Shown: in pieces, positions 22,537 to 34,701 of the stretch
How positions within the stretch are numbered: the first letter of the stretch is position 1
Layout of the letters: every line of letters begins with the position of its first letter
Assembly (NCBI GenBank): GCA_021325135.1
Contig: JAJPHT010000046.1
Location: 32,001-96,000 of the forward strand
Origin: Pseudomonadota bacterium
GTDB taxonomy: Archaea > Thermoplasmatota > SW-10-69-26 > JACQPN01 > JAJPHT01
Length of the DNA stretch: 64,000 nucleotides
Direction: 5' to 3'
Translations under genes and position numbers: made by a program
The notes under the pieces: generated by a model
The model's database searches: none
The model's input: the letters and a program-made list of their open reading frames with translations, nothing else
Told to the model about the DNA's origin: nothing

Positions 22537-23337
22537 GTGACCCGCGGCGCGTGGCTCGCCCTCCCTCTCCTTCTCCTCGCCGTCCTCCCGCAGCCGGCGC
22601 GCGCCGCGGACGCGATCCGCGTGGACCTCGTCGCCACGGAGGTCGATGGCGTGCCCACGTTCACCGACGCCTCGGGCGTGGCGAACCCCACGCTGCACGC
22701 GACGCCCGGCGCGCATCTCACGATCCATCTTGTGAATCGCGGCGCGCTGCGGCACAACCTCGTCCTTGACGCGCCGGTGCGCGCTGCCACCGCGTGCTGC
22801 CTTGCGCCGGGCCAGGAGGCGAACCTCACCGTGGACCTCCCCGCGGGCTTCACGGGGCAGATCGTCTACGAGTGCGCGATCCACGGCGGGGGCGGCATGC
22901 GCGGCGCGCTCCTGGTGGGCGCGCCGCCGCCCAGCGTGCGCCTCGTCTCGCCCGTCAACGGCACCACCCTCCACGGGCCCCCCGTTGCGCAGGTGGAGGT
23001 GGGCAACGCCACCCTGGGCCAGGGCTACGCGCTGCGCTACGTCGTGGACGGCGCGCTCCTCCCCAACGCGACGGGCGCGACCCAGCCCCTGGGCGACCTC
23101 CCGCGGGGGAGCCACATCGTGCAGGTCGAGCTGGTGAACGCCACCGGCGAGAGCCTCACGCCCCCCGTGAAGACGGAGGCCATCTTCTTCGAGGAGCCGA
23201 CACCCATCCCCACGCCGACGCCCGAGCCCACGACGGCGACGCCACCAGCCTCGTCGACGCCCGCGAAGACGCCGCTCCCGGCAGGGCTGGTCTTCGCCGC
23301 GGTCGCGATCGCGCTTCTCGTCAGGCGGTCGCGCTAG
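22537..23337 (+). CDS. Secreted cupredoxin-domain protein with Ig-like domain, P/T linker and PGF-CTERM-like anchor
   Basis: HNL plus YECAIHGGGGM type-1 copper ligands; C-terminus KTPLPAG-TM-RRSR. Confidence 0.75.
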   Translation: MTRGAWLALPLLLLAVLPQPARAADAIRVDLVATEVDGVPTFTDASGVANPTLHATPGAHLTIHLVNRGALRHNLVLDAPVRAATACCLAPGQEANLTVDLPAGFTGQIVYECAIHGGGGMRGALLVGAPPPSVRLVSPVNGTTLHGPPVAQVEVGNATLGQGYALRYVVDGALLPNATGATQPLGDLPRGSHIVQVELVNATGESLTPPVKTEAIFFEEPTPIPTPTPEPTTATPPASSTPAKTPLPAGLVFAAVAIALLVRRSR

Positions 23338-23941
23338 CCGGGCCGCGCTGGAGGCACGCGGGGCAGACGCCGCAGGGGCCCTCGCCGTCCTCGTAGCAGC
23401 TCCACGTCGCGTCGATGGGCGCCTTCAGCTCCGCGCCCAGGGCGAGGACGCCCGCGCGGTCGAGGCCGAGGAGCGGCATCTCCAGGCGCGGCGCGGGGAC
23501 GCCGGGCGCGGTCCAGAGGCCGCGGTGCAGGAGCGACTCCAGGTCCGCGAAGAAGCGCCGGCTCGCGTCGGGGAAGCGCGCCGCGTCCTCCGCGTTGTGG
23601 CCGCCCACGACGGCCTCGCACCCCAGGACGTTGGCGTGATAGCACGCCGCCGCGTAGAAGAGGGCGTTGCGCGCGGGGATGTAGCCGGGCGGCGCGCCGC
23701 GGAAGCGCGACTGCCTGCGCGCCGCGTCGGCGTCGGACGCCTCGTGGAGGAAGGGCAGCTCCGCCTCGATGGCCTCCAGGCCCGCCAGCGCGACGATCTC
23801 CCGCGTCGCGCGCTTCTCCCCGCGGGGCCGGCCGGGGTAGTGGAAGGTCAGGGGCGCGACGTCGTACCCCTCCCGGCGCGCCCACCAGAGGGCCACCGTA
23901 GAGTCGAGGCCGCCCGAGGTGAGGACCAAGGCCCGCCGCAT
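23321..23941 (-). CDS. queC: 7-cyano-7-deazaguanine (preQ0) synthase
   Basis: SGGLDS PP-loop, YIPARN, FPD and TWSCY..PCGVCPAC zinc motif. Confidence 0.88.
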   Translation of the reverse strand: MRRALVLTSGGLDSTVALWWARREGYDVAPLTFHYPGRPRGEKRATREIVALAGLEAIEAELPFLHEASDADAARRQSRFRGAPPGYIPARNALFYAAACYHANVLGCEAVVGGHNAEDAARFPDASRRFFADLESLLHRGLWTAPGVPAPRLEMPLLGLDRAGVLALGAELKAPIDATWSCYEDGEGPCGVCPACLQRGPASATA

Positions 23942-24051
23942 CAGAAGCGGACCTGCCGGGGGGTGGTATGAGTTTGCCGGCACCCGCAGGTGAGCGGATC
24001 ACCCGCGGCGGGGCAACTACATGAGACGGCCGCGCGGTGGCGCGGCTGCCC

Positions 24052-24507
24052 ATGGGCGAGATCCGGTGCGGGACCGCGCGCGTCGACGAGGCCCTTGCCC
24101 GCCGGCTCGCCGCGCTGGACCGCGAGGCCTTCCCCGCGCGCCTGGGCTACGACGCCGAGGAATACCTCCGGCGCGGACGCGCGGAAGGCGCGTGGCTTGC
24201 GCTTGCCGAGGACGAAGGCCGGCTCGTCGGCCTCTGCCTCGCGGCGCGGGACCTGGAGGAGCCGCGCGCGCTGTTCCTCGACGTGCTCGCGACCCTTCCC
24301 GGGTGGCGCCGTCGCGGCGTCGCGGCGCGGCTCGTGGAGATGTGCGTCGCCCACGCGCGACGCGAAGGGCATCGCATGGTGAGGCTCACCTGCGAGCCGC
24401 GCACCGAGGAGGGCGTCGACCTCGTGGAGGTCTACCGGCGCCTGGGCTTCCGCGTCGCGGCCGTGGAGCCCGACCACGTGGTCATGGCCCTCGACCTCAC
24501 GCCTTGA
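24052..24507 (+). CDS. GNAT family N-acetyltransferase
   Basis: LFLDVLATLPGWRRRGVA motif A; YRRLGF. Start ATG 24052 (alternative GTG 24037). Confidence 0.85.
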   Translation: MGEIRCGTARVDEALARRLAALDREAFPARLGYDAEEYLRRGRAEGAWLALAEDEGRLVGLCLAARDLEEPRALFLDVLATLPGWRRRGVAARLVEMCVAHARREGHRMVRLTCEPRTEEGVDLVEVYRRLGFRVAAVEPDHVVMALDLTP

Positions 24508-25489
24508 GGCGCGAGATGGCGCTGGCCAGGATGGCGTCGATCACGTCCTGGAAGGTGCCGCCCCGCGCCTCGGCCAGGAGGCTGAACTCGCCGCGGATGC
24601 GCTGGAGCTGCGGGATCGGGTTCGCCTCCAGGAGGTAGGGCGTGCCGGCGCGGTCGATGCGGAAGTCGCAGCGGCAGAAGTCGCGCGCGCCCAGCGCCCG
24701 GCTGACGCGCTCGGCCGCGGCGCGCATCGTGGCCTCCACCTCCGCGGGAAGCCCCGAGGGGACGAGGCCGCGCGTGCGCTCGACGTGCCCCTTGAGCGCG
24801 CCCGTGAGGAAGCGCTCGCCAAGCTCCGCGTGCCCGTCGATGCCGACGCCCACGACGCCGAACGCGCGCAGCGGGTCCCCCAGGAGGCACACCGTGGCCT
24901 CGGAGCCCGCGATGAAACGCTCCACGAGAACGGGCTGCCGGTAGACCGACAGCACCTCGCGCACGCGCTCCGCGAGGGCGTCGCGGCTGCGCACGACGGA
25001 GCGCTCCGTGAGGCCGATGCTGCTCCCCTCGAAGTTGGGCTTCACGATGCAGGGGAAGGGCGGGAACGGGAGCGCGTCGAGGTCCGCCTCGTCCAGGACG
25101 AGCGCGGACTCCGCGGTGGAGACGCCCAGCCTCGCGGCCAGCGCCTTGGTCGCGTGCTTGTCGCTGGCCACGCCCAGGCAGAGGGCGTCGCCGCCCACGT
25201 AGGGCACGCCCGCCACGTCGAGGATCGCGGGGATCCACGTCTCTCGCGCGCGGCCGCCGTAGCCCACGCTGTAGTTGAAGACGAGGTCCACCTCCTTGCG
25301 CAGCGAGGCGCCCAGGGAGAGAAGCCGCGGCGCGGAGCCCAGCATGACGACCTCGTGGCCCGCGTTCCGGATGGCCTCCGCAAGCTCGTCGATGGTGTAG
25401 TCGGCCTCCATCTCGGCGTGCGCGTCGGGCGGCGCGCCGGGGGGCGGCGTGAAGTCGGACTTGCGCTCGAAGGTGAGGCCGATCCTCAA
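24497..25489 (-). CDS. D-alanine--D-alanine ligase-like ATP-grasp protein
   Basis: DLVFN, ARE..IPAIL, DKHATK, IVKPNFEGSSIG, LVERFIAGSE, RCDFR, LEANPIP; TTGA overlap start. Confidence 0.88.
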   Translation of the reverse strand: MRIGLTFERKSDFTPPPGAPPDAHAEMEADYTIDELAEAIRNAGHEVVMLGSAPRLLSLGASLRKEVDLVFNYSVGYGGRARETWIPAILDVAGVPYVGGDALCLGVASDKHATKALAARLGVSTAESALVLDEADLDALPFPPFPCIVKPNFEGSSIGLTERSVVRSRDALAERVREVLSVYRQPVLVERFIAGSEATVCLLGDPLRAFGVVGVGIDGHAELGERFLTGALKGHVERTRGLVPSGLPAEVEATMRAAAERVSRALGARDFCRCDFRIDRAGTPYLLEANPIPQLQRIRGEFSLLAEARGGTFQDVIDAILASAISRLKA

Positions 25490-27024
25490 GGCGACCGCTC
25501 CGCGGGCTGGAACTCCGCCGTCTCCCCCGCGCGCAGGCTCGCCTCGCGCAGGGCGTCGTGATAGCTTCCCGGCTCGCCGCGCAGAAGCCCCTCCACGGCG
25601 GGGGCGACGCTGGCGGCGACGTCGCGCTCGGTCTGGCTGAAGCGCCACTCGTGCCCCTTGAGGCCGCCCAGCGCCTGGAGGAAGGCGAGGCAGACGCCCT
25701 TCTGGCGGCCGGCGGAGGCGCGCTCCAGGGCGGCGCGCACGGCGGCCTCGTGCCCCTCCGCGCGGAAGGCGCGGGCCAGGGCGTCGGCGGCCGCGGCGGC
25801 GGGCGGCAGGTTTTGATAGCTCGGCAGGCTGGCGAGGCCCGCGCGGGAGGCGCCTTCGCGGCCGGCGCGGCGGACCAGCTCGGCGGCCTCGTCGGGGCCC
25901 GCGTTGGCCTTGTGCAGGTCGCGGGCGACCTCGGCGCTCTGCGCGGCGGCCTCCAGCATGGCGAGCCCGTGCTGGGGCCAAAGCTCCGCCAGGGCGCGCG
26001 CCACGGTGGGCTTGTCCAGCACGACGGGGCCCTCGTGCGCGGCCAGCGCGGCGCGCAGCGCGCGGGCCTCAGCGGGCGTGGGCGAGAGCGCCGCGAGGAG
26101 CGCGTCGGCGTCCTCGCCGAAGCTGCGCGGGCCCGCGACGTAGAGGCGGCGCGGGAGCGCCTTGAGCGCCGCGACTCGGGCGGCGCGCGCGGCCTCCAGC
26201 AGGGCGGCGTCGTGCATGGCGCCGGTGAGGTACGCCTTGCTGGACTCCTCGGGGACGTCCGCCGCGGCCTCCACCGGCGCGCCCTCCAGGGGCCTCAGGC
26301 GCGCGGAGACCTCGAAGCCCGCGAGGAGCTTCGGCCCCGCCATGTGGCGCAGCAGGCGCTCCAGCGTGGACTCGTCGCCCGCGCACGCCTCGCAGCGCGC
26401 GGCCTCGACGCCCGCGTCGCGCCAGCGCAGCACCAGCGCGTCCGCCTCGTCGTGGCCGCACGACCAGGCGCCCTGGCCGCGCTCCGCGAGGCCCAGCTCG
26501 TCCATCTCCTCCTCGACGAAGTCCTGGGGCGGCGCGGCGCGGCGGCCCGTGCAGACGAGGCCGCGGTCCGCGCTGAAGACGTGCAGGCCGCGCTTCTTCA
26601 CCCACGGCATGAGGGCCAGGAGGCGGAGCGCGCGGTCGTGATGGTTCTGGAGCCCCGCGAGGAAGAACGGCTTCGCCTTGCCCCGCACGACGTAGGGCGC
26701 GCTGCCGGTGGGCACGCGAAGCTCCGCGACGTAGGGGATCTTCTCCCCCTTGGCGACGAGGAGCGTGGCGGCGTAGGCGCGGGCCAGGTCGTTGCCGCGC
26801 TTCGCGAAGGCAAGGAGCTTGGCCTCGTCGTCGCGCGCCGCGTGGATGCGCGGGATCGCGCGCTGCGCGGCCTTGACGGGAGAGAAGAGGACGCAGGGCC
26901 CCTCGCAGATGGGGGTGGCCAGCGACGGGTCCTCGGCGAGGGCTCGTGCCCTCTCCAGGAGGTCCCCCTCGCGCACCTTGCCGGCGCTGCGCAGCGCCGC
27001 CTTCCGCCGGGCCTTGCGGGCCAT
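25486..27024 (-). CDS. Hypothetical protein (512 aa) with Cys clusters
   Basis: ATG 6 nt after the rpl37e stop; CEGPC, CGH and CEAC motifs; coupled to the downstream gene. Confidence 0.8.
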   Translation of the reverse strand: MARKARRKAALRSAGKVREGDLLERARALAEDPSLATPICEGPCVLFSPVKAAQRAIPRIHAARDDEAKLLAFAKRGNDLARAYAATLLVAKGEKIPYVAELRVPTGSAPYVVRGKAKPFFLAGLQNHHDRALRLLALMPWVKKRGLHVFSADRGLVCTGRRAAPPQDFVEEEMDELGLAERGQGAWSCGHDEADALVLRWRDAGVEAARCEACAGDESTLERLLRHMAGPKLLAGFEVSARLRPLEGAPVEAAADVPEESSKAYLTGAMHDAALLEAARAARVAALKALPRRLYVAGPRSFGEDADALLAALSPTPAEARALRAALAAHEGPVVLDKPTVARALAELWPQHGLAMLEAAAQSAEVARDLHKANAGPDEAAELVRRAGREGASRAGLASLPSYQNLPPAAAAADALARAFRAEGHEAAVRAALERASAGRQKGVCLAFLQALGGLKGHEWRFSQTERDVAASVAPAVEGLLRGEPGSYHDALREASLRAGETAEFQPAERSP

Positions 27025-27030
27025 GGGGCC

Positions 27031-27198
27031 CTACTTCTTGAGCTTCGCCCAGGAGTACGAGCGCAGCTTGGCGGTGGCGCCGAAGCCGCACGAGGCGCAG
27101 CGGTGCTTCTGGACGTGGTAGGCGTGGCGGCCGCAGCGGCGGCAGCGCACGTGGTTCGGCGTGTGGAACTTACCCTTCGAGGAGGTTCCCTTGGACAT
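27031..27198 (-). CDS. rpl37e: 50S ribosomal protein L37e (absent from the ORF track)
   Basis: MSKGTSSKGKFHTPNHVRCRRCGRHAYHVQKHRCASCGFGATAKLRSYSWAKLKK; GGTGA SD upstream. Confidence 0.97.
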   Translation of the reverse strand: MSKGTSSKGKFHTPNHVRCRRCGRHAYHVQKHRCASCGFGATAKLRSYSWAKLKK

Positions 27199-27239
27199 GG
27201 AATTCACCCGGGCGGATGGCGCGGCGAAGGGGAGCCTCC

Positions 27240-27247
27240 TATTTAAC
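27240..27247 (-). promoter_or_regulatory. TATA-like box for the rpl37e operon
   Basis: Minus strand TTAAATA about 42 nt upstream of the ATG in a GC-rich background. Confidence 0.55.
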
Positions 27248-27270
27248 CATTGGGTGGGGCGGAGCCGACA

Positions 27271-27786
27271 TCAGAAGTCGAACACGGACCAGCAGAGCTC
27301 GTTGCGGACCCGCTGGTCGTCGAGCACGAGCGCCCGGATCTCCGGCGGGAGGCGCGCCCGCTGCCATCGGCACTCCTGCCAGCCGGCCTCGTCGGCCTCG
27401 CGGTCCGGGGCCGCCGCGCGGACAGCCTTGATGGCGTAGGCCGCCGCGCCGAGGTAGTGCGCCGCGACGTGGGGGACGGCCGCGGCCTGCCCCGCGGAGT
27501 GCGCGGCATGCCGCGGGGCGCCGGAAAGCTCCCTCGCGGCGTCGTTCGCCTCCCCCGCGGCCTCCCGCGCCTGGGTCATCTTGACCTCGCCGCGGGTCCA
27601 GGCGCGCGCGAGCGCGATCGCCCGGCGCGGCCGGGGGTCGTCAGGGCGAGCCTGCTCGAACAGGGGAAGGACGTGCTCCGTGCACTCGGCGGCCCAGAGC
27701 GCCAGCAGGCGATGATGCTCGTCGCTCAACGTCCCGCCTCGGCGCACCGTGGTGAGCCGGGGGTCGCGTTCGTAGGGGAGGATCAT
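27271..27786 (-). CDS. Putative immunity protein (Imm5-like family)
   Basis: RDPRLTTVRRGGTLSDEHHRLLALWAAECTEHVL..DPRPRRAI..GQAAAVPHVAAH..ECRWQR..LP pattern typical of this bacterial family. Confidence 0.75.
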   Translation of the reverse strand: MILPYERDPRLTTVRRGGTLSDEHHRLLALWAAECTEHVLPLFEQARPDDPRPRRAIALARAWTRGEVKMTQAREAAGEANDAARELSGAPRHAAHSAGQAAAVPHVAAHYLGAAAYAIKAVRAAAPDREADEAGWQECRWQRARLPPEIRALVLDDQRVRNELCWSVFDF

Positions 27787-27857
27787 GCGGCGGCCCATGG
27801 GATGCTCGGCCTGCTCGTCGTCCCGCGGGGACTCCCCGCGCCTTCGATAAGCGTTTT

Positions 27858-28090
27858 TCACGGGCCCGCTGAGGTCTGGATGAGGGAGCCCGCCTCCAGG
27901 TCCAGCGGGGAGCCGCGCTCCTGGAGGCGGGCCTTCACGCTCGTGCGGTGGGCGACCGAGCGGTTCCCTCCGAACTTGGCCTTCGCGCGGACGCGCTTGA
28001 CGCGCTCCCAGGGCGGTCGTCCTGGGTGAGGTGCGCGAGGATCCAGTCCTTCCCAGAGAGGACGAAGTGGCTCGGCACGATGGGCGGCAT
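27858..28090 (-). pseudogene. Small ORF interrupted by an apparent 1-nt frameshift near 28011
   Basis: GC3-rich codons in the ATG 28090 frame up to DDR, continuing in a shifted frame (WERVKRVRAKAKFGG...) to the stop at 27858. Confidence 0.4.
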
Positions 28091-28138
28091 CGCGGCTCCG
28101 TCGCCCGGCACGCCCCTCTTTCCTGCAATCCCCTGGCG

Positions 28139-28915
28139 TCACGCCTGCACGTGGAACAGCAGCCCCACGCCGTAGGTGATGAGGGCGGCGACCGCACCCA
28201 GGGCCAGCATCTCGAGGCCGCCGCGCCACCAGCGCAGGCCGGCGGTGACGTTCTTGATGGAGCCCGCGGTGAAGAGGCCCGCCAGCGCGAAGGCGGTGGA
28301 GACGGCGAGACCCGTCGTGCGCTCCGTGACGAAGAAGTAGGCCACCAGGGGCAGGAGGGCGCCCACGACGAAGGCGAGCATGACGAGGCCCATGGCGACG
28401 AAGGGGCTGCGGTCGCTCTCCTCGCCCACGCCGAACTCCTCGCGCATCATGAAGTCCACGAAGCGGTCCTCGTCCGCGACGACGTGGTCCGCGATGCGGG
28501 GGACGAGGTCCGCGGGGTAGTCCTTCTTGGCGAGCATGTCGTGGACCTCCTCCTTCTCCAGCTTGGGGTACTTGCGGATGTGCTCGCGCTCGCGCTGCGC
28601 CTCGCTGGCGTAGTACTCGCTCTGGCTCTTGGTGGAGAGGTACTCGCCCAGGCCCATGGAGAGGGCGCCCGCCACCGCCGCCGCCGTGCCCGCGATGGCG
28701 ATCTCGCGCGTGCCCAGCGCGGCGCCCGCGACGCCCGCCGTGATGGCGTACACCGAGACGAGGCCGTCGTTGAAGCCCAGGATCAGGTCGCGCACGTAGT
28801 TGCGCACGGCCGAGTGCTCGTCCGCCTCGCCGTGGGGCGCGTTGAGCCGGCTGCGCGGCACCGTCTTGTGCGTCGCCTGCAGCTCGGGCAGCGTGCGGGG
28901 CTCCTTCTTGGGCAC
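28139..28915 (-). CDS. VIT1/CCC1 iron/manganese transporter
   Basis: RDLILGFNDGLVS, AGALSMGLGEYLS, MMREEFG, EML.LG. Confidence 0.93.
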   Translation of the reverse strand: MPKKEPRTLPELQATHKTVPRSRLNAPHGEADEHSAVRNYVRDLILGFNDGLVSVYAITAGVAGAALGTREIAIAGTAAAVAGALSMGLGEYLSTKSQSEYYASEAQREREHIRKYPKLEKEEVHDMLAKKDYPADLVPRIADHVVADEDRFVDFMMREEFGVGEESDRSPFVAMGLVMLAFVVGALLPLVAYFFVTERTTGLAVSTAFALAGLFTAGSIKNVTAGLRWWRGGLEMLALGAVAALITYGVGLLFHVQA

Positions 28916-29031
28916 GCCGCCGCGATGGCGGGGCGGGGGTAAGACGCTTGGGTCCCGAGGGGCCCCCGGTCCCCAGGGGCCCAGGTCCGAAACCGGCCAA
29001 CAGGAAGCCTGGGAGCGCGGTCAAGCCCTCG

Positions 29032-29223
29032 ATGGACGACCTCACCCCCGAGGCCCGGGCGCGCAGGCTGCTGCGCGAGGCGCAGGCGGACTACGACCAT
29101 GCGCGCCATTCCGCCCGAGAGATGGGCCTTCCGCCCGACGAGAGCGAGGCCCGCGTGCGCGACGCGGCGACGCGGCTGCACGAGGCGGCGCGGGCGCTGC
29201 GCGAGGCCCGGCGGCGCTCGTAG
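29032..29223 (+). CDS. Small helical hypothetical protein (63 aa)
   Basis: MDDLTPEARARRLLREAQADY...; GC3-biased; converges on gyrA. Confidence 0.6.
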   Translation: MDDLTPEARARRLLREAQADYDHARHSAREMGLPPDESEARVRDAATRLHEAARALREARRRS

Positions 29224-29228
29224 GCCGC

Positions 29229-31829
29229 CTACTCGTCCTCGGGCTCGTCGCTGCGCCGCGGCGCGTCGCCTTCCTGGGGGAGCGTGTCGATGGGCACGTG
29301 CCGCAGCGCCTCCTCGGTCGCGCGGACCTCCTCGCGCTCGACCTCGGCGGGGATGTCGTCCTTGGCGAGGCGCGCGAGGGCCATGACCTTGTCGCCCTCG
29401 TCGAGGCGCATGATGCGGTTGCCCTGCACGTTGCGGCCCAGCACGCTCACGGTGCTCACGGGGAGGCGGATCACCATGCCGCGCGTCGAGGTGACGATGA
29501 CCTCGTCGTCGTCCTTGACCTCGCGCACCGCGACGACCTTGCCGTTGCGGGTGGTGGTCTGGATGGTGATGATGCCGCTGCCGCCGCGCCCCTGGAGGCG
29601 GTACTCCGGGATGGGCGTGCGCTTGCCGTAGCCGTTCTCGGTGACGGTGAGCAATTGGCCGTTCTTGTCGTGGACGATGGCCAGCGAGACGACCTCGTCG
29701 TCCCCTTCGAGGCTGACGCCTCGCACGCCGGTCGCGGGGCGGCCCATGGGGCGCACGTCGGCCTCGTGGAAGCGGATGCTGGTGCCGTGGCTCTTGGCGA
29801 GGATGATCTCGTCGTCGCCTCCGGTGACGCCCACGCCGATCAGCTCGTCGCCCTCGTCCATGCCCACGGCGATGATGCCGGTGACGCGGGGGCGCGAGTA
29901 TTCCGCGAGGGCGGTCTTCTTGACGGTGCCCTTCCGGGTGGCGAAGAAGAGGAACTTGTCCTCCGCGAACGCCTTCACGGGCAGCGCGGCCTGGATCTTC
30001 TCGCCGGGCGCCAGCCCTTCGAGGAGGTTCACGATGGCCTTGCCTTTGCTTTGCCGGTTGCCTTCGGGGATGTCGTAGCCCTTCAGCCAGTAGACGCGGC
30101 CCGTGTTGGTGAAGAAGAGGACGTACTGGTGCGTCGTCGTGGGGAAGAGGTCCACGACGAAGTCCGTCTCCTTGGTCTCCATGCCCACGAGCCCCTTGCC
30201 GCCGCGGCGCTGCGTGCGGTACGCGTCCACGGGGATGCGCTTGATGTAGCCGTCGTTGGTGATGAGGATGACGACGTGCTCGTCGGGGACGAGGTCCTCC
30301 ATGCTGATCTCGCCCGCGGCCTCGACGATCTGCGTGCGGCGCTCGTCGCCGAACGTCTCGGCAAGCTCGTCCAGCTCGCGCACGATGATCTTGAGCACCT
30401 CGTCGCGGCTGGCGAGGATCTCCTCATAGCGGCGGATCTTGCCCGAAAGCTCGACGATCTCGTCCTTGAGCGCCTGCGTCTCCAGGCCCGTGAGCTTGCT
30501 GAGGCGCAGCTCCAGGATGGCCTTGGCCTGCACCTCGTCGAGGCGCCCCGCCTCGATGGGCGGGAACCCGGGCACCTGGATGGCGGCGAAGTCCATCTGC
30601 ATGAGGGAGGCGCGCGCCTCCTCGGAGTCGCGGCTCTGCCGGATGCGGTGGATGACCTCGTCGACGTTGCTCACGGCGCGCAGCAGGCCGCCCACGACGT
30701 GGGCGCGCTCCTGGGCCTTGCGCAGGTCGAAGGCGGTGCGGCGGCGCACGACCTCCTCGCGATGCTTGAGGTAGTTCTCGAAGAAGCCTGGGAGCGTGAG
30801 CACGCGGGGCTGGTTGTCCACCAGCGCCAGGTTGAGGACGCCGAAGGAGGTCTCCATCTGCGTCGTCTTGTAGAGGTTGTTGAGCACGACGTCGGGGATG
30901 GCGTCGCGCTTCAGCTCGATGACGATGCGCATGCCGTCGCGGTCGCTCTCGTCGCGCAGGTCGCTGATGCCATCGATCTTCTTCTCCTTCACGAGGTCCG
31001 CGATGCTGGAGAGAAGATTGCTCTTGTTGACCATGTAGGGGATCTCGGTGACGATGATCCGGTGGCGGTCCTTCTTCTCCTCCATCTCGGCCTTCGCGCG
31101 GACCTTGATCACGCCGCGGCCCGTGGAGTACGCGTCCACGATGCCCTGGCGCCCGTAGATGCTTCCGCCGGTGGGGAAGTCGGGGCCCGGCATGACCTTG
31201 AGGAACTCCGCGATGGGCGTGTTGGGGTCGGCGACGTAGAGCTTCAGCGCGGTCGCGACCTCGCGCAGGTTGTGGGGCGGGATGTTGGTCGCCATGCCCA
31301 CCGCGATGCCGCTGCTGCCATTGACCAGGAGGTTGGGGAGCTTCGCCGGCATGACGCTGGGCTCCTTGCGGGAGGCGTCGTAGTTGTCGACGAAGTCGAC
31401 CGTCTCGCGGTCGATGTCCTCCAGCATCTCCATGGCGATCTTGCTGAGGCGGCACTCGGTGTAGCGCATGGCCGCCGCGCCGTCGCCGTCCACGCTTCCG
31501 AAGTTGCCCTGGCCGTCGATGAGCTCGTAGCGCAGCGAGAAGTCCTGCGCCATGCGCACCAGCGAGTCGTAGACCGCGGTGTCGCCGTGGGGGTGGTACT
31601 TGCCCAGCACCTCGCCCACCACCAGCGCGCTCTTGCGGTAGGCCTTGTCGGGCGAGAGGCCCAATTCCCCCATGGCGTAGAGGATGCGGCGGTGGACGGG
31701 CTTCAGCCCATCCCGCACGTCGGGCAGCGCGCGCCCGACGATGACGCTCATGGCGTAGTCGATGTAGCTCGTGCGCATCTCATCGCTGAGGGGGCGCTCG
31801 ACGACGGTTCCGTGGTTCTCCATGCCCAT
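29229..31829 (-). CDS. gyrA: DNA gyrase subunit A
   Basis: [29 protein letters not shown] catalytic Tyr, GyrA-box QRRGGKG, beta-pinwheel repeats. Confidence 0.99.
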   Translation of the reverse strand: MGMENHGTVVERPLSDEMRTSYIDYAMSVIVGRALPDVRDGLKPVHRRILYAMGELGLSPDKAYRKSALVVGEVLGKYHPHGDTAVYDSLVRMAQDFSLRYELIDGQGNFGSVDGDGAAAMRYTECRLSKIAMEMLEDIDRETVDFVDNYDASRKEPSVMPAKLPNLLVNGSSGIAVGMATNIPPHNLREVATALKLYVADPNTPIAEFLKVMPGPDFPTGGSIYGRQGIVDAYSTGRGVIKVRAKAEMEEKKDRHRIIVTEIPYMVNKSNLLSSIADLVKEKKIDGISDLRDESDRDGMRIVIELKRDAIPDVVLNNLYKTTQMETSFGVLNLALVDNQPRVLTLPGFFENYLKHREEVVRRRTAFDLRKAQERAHVVGGLLRAVSNVDEVIHRIRQSRDSEEARASLMQMDFAAIQVPGFPPIEAGRLDEVQAKAILELRLSKLTGLETQALKDEIVELSGKIRRYEEILASRDEVLKIIVRELDELAETFGDERRTQIVEAAGEISMEDLVPDEHVVILITNDGYIKRIPVDAYRTQRRGGKGLVGMETKETDFVVDLFPTTTHQYVLFFTNTGRVYWLKGYDIPEGNRQSKGKAIVNLLEGLAPGEKIQAALPVKAFAEDKFLFFATRKGTVKKTALAEYSRPRVTGIIAVGMDEGDELIGVGVTGGDDEIILAKSHGTSIRFHEADVRPMGRPATGVRGVSLEGDDEVVSLAIVHDKNGQLLTVTENGYGKRTPIPEYRLQGRGGSGIITIQTTTRNGKVVAVREVKDDDEVIVTSTRGMVIRLPVSTVSVLGRNVQGNRIMRLDEGDKVMALARLAKDDIPAEVEREEVRATEEALRHVPIDTLPQEGDAPRRSDEPEDE

Positions 31830-31835
31830 TCCCCC

Positions 31836-33950
<2,115 letters not shown>

Positions 33951-34043
33951 GGCCGCAGGAGGGGCGCTCGGTCGGGGGGTGCCCGGCGGCGGACCCCCAG
34001 GCGACGAACGCCGCTCCAAAGGAAACCGACCTCCACGCGCTCC

Positions 34044-34050
34044 TTTATAA
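34044..34050 (+). promoter_or_regulatory. TATA box for leaderless nob1
   Basis: TTTATAA about 24 nt upstream of GTG 34074. Confidence 0.7.
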
Positions 34051-34073
34051 GCTCCGCGGTTTTGATCCGGCGC

Positions 34074-34565
34074 GTGGCGCGCCCCCTCGTGCTGGACACC
34101 TCCGCCCTCCTTGCCGGCCGCCCCCTGGGCCCGGGGGAGGACACGCTGGTGCCGGAGGCCGTGAGCGCCGAGCTTCGTCCGGGCGGCCGCGACCGGCGCC
34201 ACCTGGACCTCCTGCTGGCGGCGGGCGCGCGCCTGGTGGAGGCCGATCCCGCGCTGCGCGCGAAGGTGCGCGCCGAGGCGCAGGTGGGCGGCGAGGCGGG
34301 GCGCCTCTCGGCGGCGGACGTGGACGTGCTCGCCGTCGCGCTGGGCGTTGGCGGCGAGGTCGCGACCGACGACTACACGGTGCAGAACCTCGCGCGCCGC
34401 CTGGGCGTGCCCGTGCGCGCCGTGGCGCAGCAGGGCATCGCGTCGGAGTACCGCTTCGTGCCGCGCTGCACCGGGTGTCGCCGCATCCTGGAGGCGCCCG
34501 CGGAGGAGTGCCCCGTCTGCGGCTCGCCGGTGCGGATGGTGAAGGATCGCGCGTTCCGGTCCTAG
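34074..34565 (+). CDS. nob1: NOB1 endonuclease (PIN domain + Zn ribbon)
   Basis: VLDTSAL, LSAADVDVLA, TDDYTVQNLA, CTGC..CPVCGS. Confidence 0.93.
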   Translation: MARPLVLDTSALLAGRPLGPGEDTLVPEAVSAELRPGGRDRRHLDLLLAAGARLVEADPALRAKVRAEAQVGGEAGRLSAADVDVLAVALGVGGEVATDDYTVQNLARRLGVPVRAVAQQGIASEYRFVPRCTGCRRILEAPAEECPVCGSPVRMVKDRAFRS

Positions 34566-34576
34566 ACCCTCGGAAC

Positions 34577-34701
34577 CGTCGTCGCGCGCGCCGCAGCGCG
34601 CGCAAAATGGGGGGTTTCAGGGGGGCTCGCCCCCCTGACGTGAAGTCGTCTGATCAAAGGGATGAAAACGTCAGGGGGCTGCGCCCCCCGAACCCCCCGC
34701 T
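34577..34701. repeat. Palindromic REP/MITE-like element, copy 2 (partial)
   Basis: Same CTGACGTGAAG...AAACGTCAG core; 34604-34641 is the exact 38-bp reverse complement of 46764-46801. Confidence 0.9.

Noticed and set aside
23942-24051. preQ1 riboswitch or C/D sRNA upstream of queC
   Set aside because: Some pairing (ACCTGC/GCAGGT) but no preQ1 consensus, A-rich tail or convincing C/D boxes.
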